Shown: piece by piece, positions 1 through 9,654 of the stretch
How the letters are laid out: the number at the start of each line of letters is the position of its first letter
Numbering within the stretch: the stretch's first letter is position 1
DNA from: Bacteroidales bacterium
GTDB lineage: Bacteria > Bacteroidota > Bacteroidia > Bacteroidales > B18-G4
DNA length: 64,000 nt
Assembly: GCA_018400295.1 (NCBI GenBank)
Contig: JAGYMZ010000001.1
Span: 70,049-134,048 of the forward strand
Direction: 5' to 3'
Translations under genes and position numbers: made by a program
Notes under the pieces: generated by a model
Told to the model about the DNA's origin: nothing
The model's input: the letters and a program-made list of their open reading frames with translations, nothing else
The model's database searches: none

Positions 1-1383
1 TTCCAGCCGAATGCCTGCAGTGATCACGAGCCTGTCCCAAAATCCTTGCTGAGCAAAGATGTATGTTCCCAGTTCATACACGCTGGTATCCACAAATTCA
101 ATTCCTTTTCCCATCATGGCTTCCGTATTTTCGGCAACCCCCCCATATTGCTTATAGTCTATACCCAGGGTGATGGTATTGTTCTTAAAAAGCCGCAACC
201 CTTCGTAAGCGGTCAGTCCGTAGTTGTGGTCGGTGGAATGGAATCCGTCGTATATGTCGTGTACCCCGAAATTATAAAATAGTTTTACAGCGCCTTCCGC
301 ATGGCTGTGGTTGTTTTCCAGGGAGAAGGAGCCCATTCCCCTCAGTATGTCAACCCAATGGCGTTTGGTGAGGTAGCTTGAGTCGATCCGGCTGGCCGGA
401 CCCGGGTCGTAGGATTTGAATTTTGCCACACTGCCATCCAGTTTGGCTTTCCAGTGCGCACTCAGTTGATAGCCCACCTTCAGAAATCCATTGGTGATAT
501 AGAATTCGCTGTTGTCTCTGTGTCCCTGTGTCTCGTCATGGTTAACGGAAGCGAATACTGTCAGGTTCTTTTTCTTATATCCTGCGCTTCCCATGTATTT
601 TTGTGTCAGGAAGGAACCAAAGGAAGCCCTGGCATCTCCCGTGAACCCATCAGATCTTTGTTTTTTGGTAATGATGTTGATCACACCTCCCATGGCATTG
701 GATCCGTAGAGCAAGGAGGCCGGTCCGCGTATGACCTCTACTTTTTCAGCATCTGATGTAACATAGGAGTCGGGGAGGGGGTGGCCGAAAAGTCCCATGA
801 ACTGCGGCTGCCCATCGATAAGCATCAGCACACGGGTATTGGGGTCTCCACCGATCCCGCGTATGCTGATCTTTCCGGCGGCACCGCCGGACACACCGAA
901 ACCGGTGATGCCGCGTTCGGTAACGAAAACCCCGGGGACTCTTTTGCTGATGGCCGGCAGTATGGCGGATTCTCCGCTTTCATTCAATTCCTCTGCCGTA
1001 ATTACCGAAACCGTCATGGGATTATTATGCCGCGACACTTCTATCCTTGATCCTGTGACGACTGCCTCTTCCGCTTCGTAGGTCCTGGGCTTTAGACCAA
1101 TATCAATAGAATACACGGACCCATCAAAATCAAAGGAATGTTCCATCTCCTGATAACCGATGTGGGTGACTCTGAGGGTGTATGGGCCCGCTTCAACATC
1201 GCGAAAACGGAACCGGCCATTGTAATCACTGGTTGTCAATTTTTTATTTTCAAGGAGGAGTATGTGTGCTCCGGACAGGGGTATCCCGCCATTTTCATCA
1301 GATACCGTTCCCCTGATCTGTGCTGTTGTGATCAATGTTGCGAAATAAAGCAATAGGGTGAGGATGGTTTTCTTTTTAGACAT
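1..1383 (-). CDS. TonB-dependent outer-membrane receptor, N-terminal 461 codons (3' part runs off the window start)
   Basis: My own reverse translation from the ATG at 1383 gives MSKKKTILTLLLYFATLITTAQIRGTVSDENGGIPLSGAHILL (CarboxypepD_reg-like). Plug motifs follow: AVVTGSRIE, ISIRGIGG, MLIDGQPQ, VEVIRGPASLLYGSNAMGGVINIITK. The frame stays open to base 1. It is absent from the ORF track because it is edge-truncated. Confidence 0.85.
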   Translation of the reverse strand, partial: MSKKKTILTLLLYFATLITTAQIRGTVSDENGGIPLSGAHILLLENKKLTTSDYNGRFRFRDVEAGPYTLRVTHIGYQEMEHSFDFDGSVYSIDIGLKPRTYEAEEAVVTGSRIEVSRHNNPMTVSVITAEELNESGESAILPAISKRVPGVFVTERGITGFGVSGGAAGKISIRGIGGDPNTRVLMLIDGQPQFMGLFGHPLPDSYVTSDAEKVEVIRGPASLLYGSNAMGGVINIITKKQRSDGFTGDARASFGSFLTQKYMGSAGYKKKNLTVFASVNHDETQGHRDNSEFYITNGFLKVGYQLSAHWKAKLDGSVAKFKSYDPGPASRIDSSYLTKRHWVDILRGMGSFSLENNHSHAEGAVKLFYNFGVHDIYDGFHSTDHNYGLTAYEGLRLFKNNTITLGIDYKQYGGVAENTEAMMGKGIEFVDTSVYELGTYIFAQQGFWDRLVITAGIRLE

Positions 1384-1391
1384 AATTTATC

Positions 1392-1418
1392 GTGTTAATA
1401 TACTTAAATAGGTAACAC
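1392..1418. promoter_or_regulatory. Candidate NikR operator: inverted repeat GTGTTA-N15-TAACAC
   Basis: Perfect 6-bp half-sites at 1392-1397 and 1413-1418, lying between the nikR stop (1435) and the receptor ATG (1383). The geometry resembles the E. coli NikR operator GTATGA-N16-TCATAC. Confidence 0.35.
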
Positions 1419-1434
1419 CTTTTGCGTAAAAAAA

Positions 1435-1833
1435 TTATGGTGTGCTCATGACCAATTGGCCGTGCTTGATTCCCTTTAGTGCAATCAAACGATCGGCAAG
1501 GTTTTTTAATTTTGTTGCTTTACCTTTAACGGCAATGGTTTCAAGACAATTATCATGGTCCAGGTGAACATGCTGTACCGACAGGATCAAATCGTGATAA
1601 TCGTGCTGGAGATCCGTGGATTTGTTTTGCAAATCCCGTTTGTGATGGTCGTATACCAACACGATGGCACCGGCGACATCTTCATTATCTTCCCATTTAT
1701 CTTCCACAATGTTCTTGTTGATAAGATACCGGATGGCCTGTGACCGGTTGGGGAATTTATGTTTGATAACCAGTTGATCCAGTGACTTTAATAATTCATT
1801 TTCAAGGGAAACCCCAAATCTTTTAACCTGCAT
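1435..1833 (-). CDS. nikR: Nickel-responsive transcriptional regulator NikR (ribbon-helix-helix plus nickel-binding ACT-like domain)
   Basis: [19 protein letters not shown] is an RHH N-terminus. The C-terminal [11 protein letters not shown] matches the E. coli HVHINHDDCLE nickel ligands (H87, H89, C95). Start set at the internal ATG 1833; the track start at 1863 adds 10 aa. Confidence 0.85.
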   Translation of the reverse strand: MQVKRFGVSLENELLKSLDQLVIKHKFPNRSQAIRYLINKNIVEDKWEDNEDVAGAIVLVYDHHKRDLQNKSTDLQHDYHDLILSVQHVHLDHDNCLETIAVKGKATKLKNLADRLIALKGIKHGQLVMSTP

Positions 1834-1860
1834 AGTGGCAATATATTTTAAAACGTGGCA

Positions 1861-1868
1861 CAAAATTA
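1861..1868 (-). promoter_or_regulatory. Bacteroidota -7 promoter box TAATTTTG upstream of nikR
   Basis: Plus-strand caaaatta is TAATTTTG on the minus strand and matches TAnnTTTG, about 28 nt upstream of the nikR ATG. Confidence 0.35.
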
Positions 1869-1966
1869 AGGGTCTCTTTGTTTGGAACCAAAAAAAATTA
1901 TCATCCTGCCGGATTGTGGGTTTCCTATATATATCATATCTTAGCTATGAAAAAAATCCTGAACCG

Positions 1967-3052
1967 ATGACAATGATACCATCATTACTCGACAAAAATT
2001 CCTGGAACAAAGAAGACCTGATCACCTTGCTCAAGGCGGAAGGGCCGGAGATGGAAATGATGCTGCAGCGTTCTGCGCAAACAAGGGAGCGGTATATAGG
2101 CAACAAGATCTATTTACGTGGTTTGCTGGAGATATCCAATATTTGCTCCAAGAACTGTTATTATTGCGGTATACGTTATGAAAACCGAAAGATCCGCAGG
2201 TACAAGATGACCCTGGAAGAGGTGGAAAAAGCGGTTCGGTTTGCCTACGAGCAAGGGTTCGGATCCGTAGTGTTCCAGTCAGGGGAAATAGAGGCCCAAC
2301 CCTTTACGGAATTTGTGACGCGTGCAATTGCAAAAACAAAGGATATTTCCGGTGGCAGGCTCGGAATAACGCTTTCATGCGGTGAGCAATCGGATTCTGT
2401 ATACCGGCAATGGAAGGAGGCCGGGGCACATCGTTATTTGCTGCGTATTGAAGCTTCGGATCCTGATTTGTTTAAAAAGCTTCATCCAACGGATGACAAA
2501 CATAACCTGCATCGCAGAATGGAAGCCCTTCGCGGGCTTCAGAGGATGGGCTATCAAACCGGCACCGGCGTGATGATTGGGTTGCCTTTTCAGACATTGG
2601 AGCATTTGGCCAACGACCTCCTTTTTATGCGGGAATTTGATATTGACATGGTCGGTATGGGCCCTTATGTTATGCACCGGGATACTCCATTGTTTGAACA
2701 CAGGCATGAGGTTCCCCTGTTGAAGGACCGGATATCCCTGTCTTTAAAAATGATCGCCATACTCCGGTTGATGATGAAGGATGTGAACATTGCTTCTACC
2801 ACAGCCTTATCGGCTATTGACCCTATGGGTAAGATCATGGGAATGAAAGCCGGCGCCAATGTGATCATGCCAAACATTACACCGGCAAAATTTATCGGTA
2901 ATTATAATCTTTATGATAATAAACCCTATGTGGACCTGTATTCGAATGCTTCACGGCTGACTATGGAGAAGGAGATCGAAAATCAGGGATTTAAGATCGG
3001 TTTTGATGAGTGGGGTGATTCGGTGCATTATCGTCAAAGAACAGGGTCGTGA
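1967..3052 (+). CDS. hydE: Radical SAM enzyme of the HydE ([FeFe]-hydrogenase maturase) / BioB-like type
   Basis: CX3CX2C cluster motif CSKNCYYCGIRYENRKIRRYKM. Overall collinearity, as I recall it, with Thermotoga HydE: WKEAGAHRYLLRIE, GYQTGTGVMIGLP, DIDMVGMGPY, GANVIMPN. Start moved to ATG 1967; the track start is a GTG at 1835. Confidence 0.7.
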   Translation: MTMIPSLLDKNSWNKEDLITLLKAEGPEMEMMLQRSAQTRERYIGNKIYLRGLLEISNICSKNCYYCGIRYENRKIRRYKMTLEEVEKAVRFAYEQGFGSVVFQSGEIEAQPFTEFVTRAIAKTKDISGGRLGITLSCGEQSDSVYRQWKEAGAHRYLLRIEASDPDLFKKLHPTDDKHNLHRRMEALRGLQRMGYQTGTGVMIGLPFQTLEHLANDLLFMREFDIDMVGMGPYVMHRDTPLFEHRHEVPLLKDRISLSLKMIAILRLMMKDVNIASTTALSAIDPMGKIMGMKAGANVIMPNITPAKFIGNYNLYDNKPYVDLYSNASRLTMEKEIENQGFKIGFDEWGDSVHYRQRTGS

Positions 3053-3831
3053 GCAGGTATTTTTTCAAACTTGCATATAACGGCGGGAAATATCACGGAT
3101 GGCAGATGCAGTCGAACGCCCCTACCATCCAACAGGTACTTGGCGAAGCCGTTTTCCATATCCTGGGCCAGAAAACAATCCTAACGGGGTGCGGAAGGAC
3201 CGATGCCGGTGTTCATGCCAGGCAGTTTTATGTCCATGCAGATCTGCAGTATATATCACCGGAAGATACGCGCGATGTGGTTTATAGATTGAATCGTTAT
3301 TTGCCTGAAGACATTGTCATTTATGAGCTGCTGGCGGTTGATGCAAGGGCGCATGCACGTTTTGATGCGATTTCCAGGACATACGAGTATGTTATTATCC
3401 GGGAGAAAAACCCATTTCTTCCCGGTTTGGCCTACTGTTTATTTGACCCGCTGGATATCGGGGCAATGAATCTGGGTGCTGATATTCTTTTGGAATATGA
3501 GGATTTTACAAGTTTTTCAAAGGTACATACACAGGTTAAAACCAATATTTGTGCGATCCGGAAGGCCGCCTGGAAAGAATCCGGGGATATGCTGGTTTTT
3601 ACCATTACAGCCGACCGTTTCCTGAGAAATATGGTGAGGGCTGTGGTAGGTACCCTGATCAATATTGGAAGAAGAAAAACGACGCTGGATGAGCTCCGCA
3701 GGATCATTGAAGCAAAAGACCGGAGCAAAGCCGGATTTAGTGCCCCTGCGCGTGGTTTGTATCTTACATTTGTTGAATATCCATCCGGAATATTTGAGGA
3801 AAACCAGGTCAAACGAAATTCTTTTCAATGA
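3049..3831 (+). CDS. truA: tRNA pseudouridine(38-40) synthase TruA
   Basis: N-terminus RYFFKLAYNGGKYHGWQ and catalytic motif GCGRTDAGVHA. The GTG start overlaps the hydE stop (GTGA). Confidence 0.9.
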   Translation: MSRYFFKLAYNGGKYHGWQMQSNAPTIQQVLGEAVFHILGQKTILTGCGRTDAGVHARQFYVHADLQYISPEDTRDVVYRLNRYLPEDIVIYELLAVDARAHARFDAISRTYEYVIIREKNPFLPGLAYCLFDPLDIGAMNLGADILLEYEDFTSFSKVHTQVKTNICAIRKAAWKESGDMLVFTITADRFLRNMVRAVVGTLINIGRRKTTLDELRRIIEAKDRSKAGFSAPARGLYLTFVEYPSGIFEENQVKRNSFQ

Positions 3832-4906
3832 ATTTGGAGTTTAAAAGTCTGGCTACCGCTATATAAGAGGGTTTGAAGCAAATGGAATCCCCGATGGAAT
3901 ATTTTTTCTTTCCATTCTTATCCTTGTTGTCGCCCAGGTCGTACACAGTCATATCCGAAGTAGTACCCACGAAACCAATGCGTTTATCCTTAAGTTCCAG
4001 GCTTTGATAGTCTACGTCGAGCATGCCAAAATCCATTATGGCTTTATAACTGGTGCGTGAGATGTCTTCCGCATCAAAGGATTCGGTGTGTCCTATGTTG
4101 GCTTCGTTGATGATGCCATCCGGTACGATCCCTTTTTCTTCGAGTTCGATGATGTTGGCGTAAAAATTAAATGTGTCGGTGGAAAGATCTAAGAATTGTT
4201 TGTTTTCAAGCGGACTTGTTCCGAAGAAAACGGCTTCACCGATCCTGAAGTGGTTGAGCTCTTTGGGAATAAGCTTTTTTTCCATAAGCGGCAGGGTTAT
4301 GGAACTGCCCCCGGATATCAGTTCCAGTTTTTGGTCAAAGCTACACTCCAGCAAATGCTTGTAAAGGGAAAGCTGCATGAGCTTGTCGAAGGTCGGTTCA
4401 ACACCGTACATACATCCCAGATTGGAGCCAATGCCAATGATCTCAATATTGGAAAGATTAAAAACCTGCTTGTAAAAATCGATCAGCTGTTCACGTTCCA
4501 CACCTTCTCTTAATTCGCCCAGCTCAACCATAATAATGATCTTATGTATCTTGCTTTTCTTGCGTGCAGCTTTGTTCAGGGCTTTGATCGTTTTCAGGGA
4601 AGTGTTCATGGAAATGTCCGCATATTCCACAACCTCTTCGGTATATATCTCCGCAGGAGGCTTTATATAGATGGTGACCAGCTCCGGATCAACTTCCTTG
4701 AGGTTTTTGAGGCTGGAAAGGCGTGAATCCCCCACAGAATGAAGCCCCTGAATTACATCCGGTACAAGTATCCTGCGCAGGAACTCTTTGTCCCCTGAAA
4801 ATACTTTGGTTATGAGGCTCCACTTAATGCTGTGTTGATTCAGGTAGGTAGAGATCTTTTGAATATTGCCTTTGATCTCATCAGTCTTGATTTTGAGTTC
4901 GGCCAT
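3809..4906 (-). CDS. Alanine/ornithine racemase-family PLP enzyme (YhfX-like predicted amino-acid racemase)
   Basis: 365 aa, TIM-barrel-like N-terminus with an ITKVFSG lysine region, and length and layout typical of the alanine racemase N-terminal fold family. Its 3' end overlaps truA convergently by 23 nt. Confidence 0.55.
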   Translation of the reverse strand: MAELKIKTDEIKGNIQKISTYLNQHSIKWSLITKVFSGDKEFLRRILVPDVIQGLHSVGDSRLSSLKNLKEVDPELVTIYIKPPAEIYTEEVVEYADISMNTSLKTIKALNKAARKKSKIHKIIIMVELGELREGVEREQLIDFYKQVFNLSNIEIIGIGSNLGCMYGVEPTFDKLMQLSLYKHLLECSFDQKLELISGGSSITLPLMEKKLIPKELNHFRIGEAVFFGTSPLENKQFLDLSTDTFNFYANIIELEEKGIVPDGIINEANIGHTESFDAEDISRTSYKAIMDFGMLDVDYQSLELKDKRIGFVGTTSDMTVYDLGDNKDKNGKKKYSIGDSICFKPSYIAVARLLNSKFIEKNFV

Positions 4907-4950
4907 GGTGGTATTTGTTTATGGGGGCTTTTCTTCCTGGGATGTATGCT

Positions 4951-5394
4951 TTATTTGTTTTTATAACGCATCTCAGCATATTTGTTCGTGAACCCTATCC
5001 TTTCGTAAAGCCTTTTGGCAGGATTATCGTATTCTACATGTAGCTTCACATCTCCATCGCACAATTCAAAGGATTTTTCCACGATCTGCCGCCCAAATCC
5101 TTTGCCACGGTATGACGCATCAACGGCAACGTATACCAAAACATAATCTGGGATGTATCCTCCCATACCGGTTTTATTCATGATCAGGCCGCCAACCAGC
5201 TTGCCTTCATAAAAAGCGGCAAGTGCAAATCCGCCTTCACCTTTTTCTCCGGAGAAGGCATAGTTCAGGCATTTGTTAATGTCCTTTTTGGGGTCGCCGA
5301 ATTTTTCCAGGTGCGTATGCAGAAAATCAATGAATTCATCTCTTGTAATGTCTTCGAAATCCTCGTCTTTTCTTAATACTTTAATGTCAAGCAT
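4951..5394 (-). CDS. GNAT family N-acetyltransferase
   Basis: 147 aa, acetyl-CoA loop motif YRGKGFGRQIV (R/Q-x-x-G-x-G/A). Confidence 0.75.
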   Translation of the reverse strand: MLDIKVLRKDEDFEDITRDEFIDFLHTHLEKFGDPKKDINKCLNYAFSGEKGEGGFALAAFYEGKLVGGLIMNKTGMGGYIPDYVLVYVAVDASYRGKGFGRQIVEKSFELCDGDVKLHVEYDNPAKRLYERIGFTNKYAEMRYKNK

Positions 5395-5606
5395 AAATTT
5401 CCTTTTTAAATGTTGTTTAATAAGTCGATGATCAATATGCGGATATCATAAATGTTGCCTGAGGTGCGGATCGGATTATTTTCGTGAATGGAAGGCATAG
5501 CGAGACTTGCAAATATAATAAAATTGTATAAACGATCAAACTGCAAATGAATAACCGGTGGAAGTCAGCTTACATACCTGGGAACAAGACATCTGTATAA
5601 ATATCC

Positions 5607-6554
5607 TTATTGGCTGGCTTTTTGCTGGAATTGTTTCCATGACTGTGCAGTTTGGATGATGCCTTCTTTATAAGTTATGGGCTTATAGTCGAATCTGGTT
5701 GTGAATTTACTGCTGTCGAACAAATATTCATATTCATACTGATACAGCATTTCAATGCTTTCGTTGATAAATTTGTTAAAGCAGCCGGCCATGACCAGCA
5801 TCCATTTTTTTAATACCATGTATTTTGCCGGAACATGGAATGCATTCGCCGTTCGTTGAATGAATGCTTCGCCGGTCAAAGCGTTTTTATCGGTTGGTAC
5901 GTGCCATACCTGGTTGTATGCATTCTCTGTATTTCCAAGCATCGCTGTGGCGTTTCCTGCATCCGATACATGGGTAAAGGAATGTGGAACCTGTTCATTT
6001 ACAAGCCATTGAGCTTTTTTCCCTGCCGCAAGTTTGGAAAAAACCATTGGGGAAAGAAGGCTCTTATTTGTTAAACCGTAGAAATCTGCGGATCGGGCAA
6101 TCAAGCCGGTTAACAGTCCTTTTTCTATTTCATCCATCAGCATTTCTGCTATCCTTGCCCGCACTGCTCCTTTTTTGCTTTGGGGGTTGATGGCTGTGTC
6201 CTCTGTCATCCATCCCCGGACCCTTCCGTATAAATATACGTTATCGAAAAATACCAGCCTGGCATCGTGTTTTTTGCAGGCATTTATCACATTCTTCATG
6301 ATCAAAGGCCATTGCTCCTGCCAGACCTTTGTCTTATATTCCAATCCTGCCGTAAGATACACGATGGAAGAGCCTCTGACGGCATGGTCAGTCTGATCCG
6401 GGCTGGTAAGGTCAGCAACTACAAGCTGCTCCGCAATATTCATGGCTGCAGGATTTCGGCTGACAAGGCGTATGTTATTTGTATACTGTGGTAGTGCTTT
6501 GGCGAGTTCCTGCCCTATTATCCCATTTGAGCCTAAAATTGTTTGCATATGCAA
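5607..6554 (-). CDS. NAD(P)-dependent epimerase/dehydratase (extended or atypical SDR) family protein
   Basis: N-terminal Rossmann motif ILGSNGIIGQEL, about 315 aa. Confidence 0.65.
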   Translation of the reverse strand: MHMQTILGSNGIIGQELAKALPQYTNNIRLVSRNPAAMNIAEQLVVADLTSPDQTDHAVRGSSIVYLTAGLEYKTKVWQEQWPLIMKNVINACKKHDARLVFFDNVYLYGRVRGWMTEDTAINPQSKKGAVRARIAEMLMDEIEKGLLTGLIARSADFYGLTNKSLLSPMVFSKLAAGKKAQWLVNEQVPHSFTHVSDAGNATAMLGNTENAYNQVWHVPTDKNALTGEAFIQRTANAFHVPAKYMVLKKWMLVMAGCFNKFINESIEMLYQYEYEYLFDSSKFTTRFDYKPITYKEGIIQTAQSWKQFQQKASQ

Positions 6555-6663
6555 TGATTTTTATCAGGCCTTGCCCGATATACATACAACACTTCAAAAG
6601 GTAAAAAGTTTTAAGAGATATATCCTGGCAATCAATTGATGTGTAGGTAATTGCTTAAATATA

Positions 6664-7116
6664 TTATGTCAGGCTCATATGGCTGGCAATATCGGACAAC
6701 AATTCAATACTGCATATTCCCAATATGATCAGAACGCCCGTCCAAAGAATGCATCCGGCAATGTTCCAATACATTAGCATGTGTACTTTTCGCGTGATGG
6801 CCAGGCCGGTTATCATGGTCATGTTCGGGCCGATGAGAAGGCTCCCCAATATGCCTAATCCCGGAATACCGTATTTATTGAAGATGTTACGGGCATATTT
6901 TTCCCTTCGCAAACGTCCCTTCTTATTTTTTTGTTTGCTGAGGTAATTTTTTATCTGTTTGCCAAGGAAATAAATTATCAGGATCCCGGTAATGCTTCCG
7001 GATGTTGTTGTGATGAAGATCATCAGCGGATGTGCTTTCAGCAGGAATCCCAGTGGAACGGCTTTCCATATACCAAGTATGCCGGTCAGATAGATCAGGA
7101 TAATTTTCTGGGTCAT
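6664..7116 (-). CDS. Small integral membrane protein (putative small multidrug export / COG2426-like)
   Basis: 150 aa with four predicted hydrophobic helices. The start overlaps the stop of the upstream transketolase subunit by 4 nt. Confidence 0.45.
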   Translation of the reverse strand: MTQKIILIYLTGILGIWKAVPLGFLLKAHPLMIFITTTSGSITGILIIYFLGKQIKNYLSKQKNKKGRLRREKYARNIFNKYGIPGLGILGSLLIGPNMTMITGLAITRKVHMLMYWNIAGCILWTGVLIILGICSIELLSDIASHMSLT

Positions 7117-8087
7117 AATTCCGGAGGTTCTTGATCCGGTGATAATAAATAACGTGCTTCCCGGCTTATTGCACTTGCGTTAAGCCGGTATTTCTTCATC
7201 AGTTCTCCGGGTTGACCGGATTCGCCGAACCTGTCGTCGACACCGATGAAATGGATGGGGACCGGATGGCTGGCAGCCAGGAATTCTGCAACTGCAGACC
7301 CCATGCCGCCCATCTTTTGATGTTCTTCCACTGTGATAATCCTGCCGGTTTCCCTGGCAGCGTCCAGGATGGTTTCTTTATCCAGGGGTTTGATGGTGTG
7401 GAGGTTGATCACCCGGGCGTTGATCCCTTCTTTACGGAGGATTTTTGCTGCCTGCAGCGCTTCCCATACCAGAACACCGGTAGCAATTATGCTGATATCG
7501 CTTCCTTCTTTCATTATCTGGGCTTTTCCGGGAATAAACTCCAGGGATGCCGGCGTGAAGTTTGGTGCCGGGGCCCTTCCAAAACGAATGTAAACCGGTC
7601 CTTCAATTTGTTCAACAGCGGCGATGGCTGCTTTTCTGGCCTGGGTGGAATCACATGGTGACAAAACTGTCATATTGGGCATTACGCGCATGATGGCAAC
7701 ATCTTCCAGTGCCTGATGTGTTGCCCCGTCCGGTCCAACGGAAATGCCGGCATGACCTCCTCCGATCACTACATGTAAATTATTGTAACAAACAGAGATC
7801 CGCACAAAGTCCGTGGTCCGCATGGCTGAAAAAACGGCGTACGTTGGGAAAACCGGTATCTTTCCCGACAGGGCGAGGCCGGCCGCTGCCCCCATACAGT
7901 TTTGCTCAGCTATACCGAGGGAGATATACCGTTCGGGGAATGCTGCGGCAAACAGGCTTAAGTTTACGGAGTGGGTAATATCTGCACCAATGCCCACCAC
8001 ATTTTTATTGCGTCTTGCTGCTTCGAGTATTCCTTCTCCAAATCCTTCTTTCGTTGCTTTGTTTCCTTTATTTCTGTATGTGCCCAT
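7113..8087 (-). CDS. Transketolase, C-terminal (pyrimidine-binding) subunit
   Basis: FGEGILEAARRNKNVVGIGADI, ISLGIAEQNCMGAAAGLA and GATHQALEDVAIMR are typical of split transketolase subunit B. Confidence 0.9.
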   Translation of the reverse strand: MGTYRNKGNKATKEGFGEGILEAARRNKNVVGIGADITHSVNLSLFAAAFPERYISLGIAEQNCMGAAAGLALSGKIPVFPTYAVFSAMRTTDFVRISVCYNNLHVVIGGGHAGISVGPDGATHQALEDVAIMRVMPNMTVLSPCDSTQARKAAIAAVEQIEGPVYIRFGRAPAPNFTPASLEFIPGKAQIMKEGSDISIIATGVLVWEALQAAKILRKEGINARVINLHTIKPLDKETILDAARETGRIITVEEHQKMGGMGSAVAEFLAASHPVPIHFIGVDDRFGESGQPGELMKKYRLNASAISREARYLLSPDQEPPEL

Positions 8088-8104
8088 AGTGTTTTCCTGG
8101 TTTT

Positions 8105-8950
8105 TCAGGATTCTTTAATTTGAGTAATGAAATCCTCCGTTTCTTCTTTTGATGGTGGTTTACCGTGCCACCGGTAATTGTCCTCAATACTTCGCACGCC
8201 TTTGCCCATCTTGGTTGTGGCAATTATTACAGAGGGCCTGCCTTTAATGGTATCCACTTCATCGAATGCATGTATCAGATCTGTATGATTATGGCCATCG
8301 CAGTTGATCACATGCCATCCAAAGGCGGTCCATTTATCGGTAAGCGGTTCCAGATCCATCACATCTTCGGTATGGCCTTCGATCTGTACCCCGTTGCGGT
8401 CTATAATGAGGGTGAGATTGTCCAGTTTATGAAAACCCCCAGCCATCGCTGCTTCCCACATAGAACCTTCCTGCAGTTCTCCGTCACCTGCAACACAATA
8501 TACCTTCCATGGACGTTTATCCATTTTTCCGGCAAGGGCCATGCCCACTGCTACAGGGAATCCCTGGCCAAGAGAACCAGCGGAGAGCTCCAGGCCGGGC
8601 AATCTGTGGTCCCTGCCTGGATGACCTTGCAGCCGGCTTCCAAGCTGGCGCAGGGTCATAAGCTCTGCTTTCGGAAAGTAACCGGCATGGGCAAGCGTGG
8701 CATATAGCACCGGTGCTATGTGCCCTGCGGAAAGGACCATACGGTCGCGTTCCGGCCAATCCGGTTCTTCGGGCCGGTGGTTCAATACATGAAAATACAG
8801 AATGGTAAATACGTCAGCCATTCCCAACGACCCCCCCAGATGACCGGAACCGGCTTTGGACAGGCTCCTGATAATATCAATTCGAATATCCCGGGATGTT
8901 TCCGATAGTTTTTCGGTATCCATAAAAATTAATCTCCTGTAATGATTCAT
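8105..8950 (-). CDS. Transketolase, N-terminal (TPP-binding) subunit
   Basis: GSGHLGGSLGMADV, SAGHIAPVLYA, TPP motif AGDGELQEGSMWEA. An alternative start is MDTEKL at 8923. Confidence 0.9.
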   Translation of the reverse strand: MNHYRRLIFMDTEKLSETSRDIRIDIIRSLSKAGSGHLGGSLGMADVFTILYFHVLNHRPEEPDWPERDRMVLSAGHIAPVLYATLAHAGYFPKAELMTLRQLGSRLQGHPGRDHRLPGLELSAGSLGQGFPVAVGMALAGKMDKRPWKVYCVAGDGELQEGSMWEAAMAGGFHKLDNLTLIIDRNGVQIEGHTEDVMDLEPLTDKWTAFGWHVINCDGHNHTDLIHAFDEVDTIKGRPSVIIATTKMGKGVRSIEDNYRWHGKPPSKEETEDFITQIKES

Positions 8951-9135
8951 TTTTTAATGAGGGCTTCATTGCCGGATGCTACGTAAAGATAATAAATTCC
9001 TTTGTCTCTGGAACGGATGTCCGGTAATTCCATCTTCCTTTATATTCTTCAGGAAGTGCTGTTTTGTCAATACGATCATACCTGCCGTCATATCCGGTGT
9101 CTCAGTATACGCTTTTCTTATCCTAAAATGTAAGG

Positions 9136-9654
9136 TTAGAGATTTGTGAAAAAGTAAAAGGCAACGATCACTGTAAAGGTGATTTTCATTAATGTCCCGG
9201 CCAGGAAGCCAATGAAGGAGCCAAAAGCTGCTCTGAGGGCTTCTTTAGAATCACGGCCGCTACTGGACTCACCAATATATGCTCCCAGAAATGGCCCCAG
9301 CAATAAGCCAAGAATACCAAAGGGGCCGATGGTAATTCCCAGAATGGGTAAAATGATCACCGAGATTACAAGTCCGATCATGCTGCCATAAGTCCCGCGC
9401 CTGGTGCCGCCAAATTTCCGGGTACCAACGACAGGTACTATATAATCCAGGACAGTGACGCCTATCATGATAAAGGCCATCATAAATAAAAAATCGGATT
9501 CAAAAGGTTTTTTATTTGTGAGCTGCAGTAGCAGGAGGGAGGCATAGCTCAGTACCTGGCCGGGCAAAACAGGCAGGATGCAAAAAATAAAACCGATGAT
9601 AAGCAATAAAGTCCCAATGATTATCCAGAGAATATCCATGACTTGGATCGACAT
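9136..9654 (-). CDS. DUF456-like four-helix membrane protein
   Basis: 172 aa with an ILPVLPGQVL motif and Gly-rich TM helices. The start codon shares one base with the sirtuin stop (TAATG). Confidence 0.55.
   Translation of the reverse strand: MSIQVMDILWIIIGTLLLIIGFIFCILPVLPGQVLSYASLLLLQLTNKKPFESDFLFMMAFIMIGVTVLDYIVPVVGTRKFGGTRRGTYGSMIGLVISVIILPILGITIGPFGILGLLLGPFLGAYIGESSSGRDSKEALRAAFGSFIGFLAGTLMKITFTVIVAFYFFTNL

Noticed and set aside
1835-1860. GTGGCA-N14-GTGGCA as a sigma-54 (-24 TGGCAC / -12 TTGC) promoter
   Set aside because: No TTGC(A/T) element sits at the required 5-nt spacing after either TGGCA. I kept it only as a possible repeat operator within the NikR finding.
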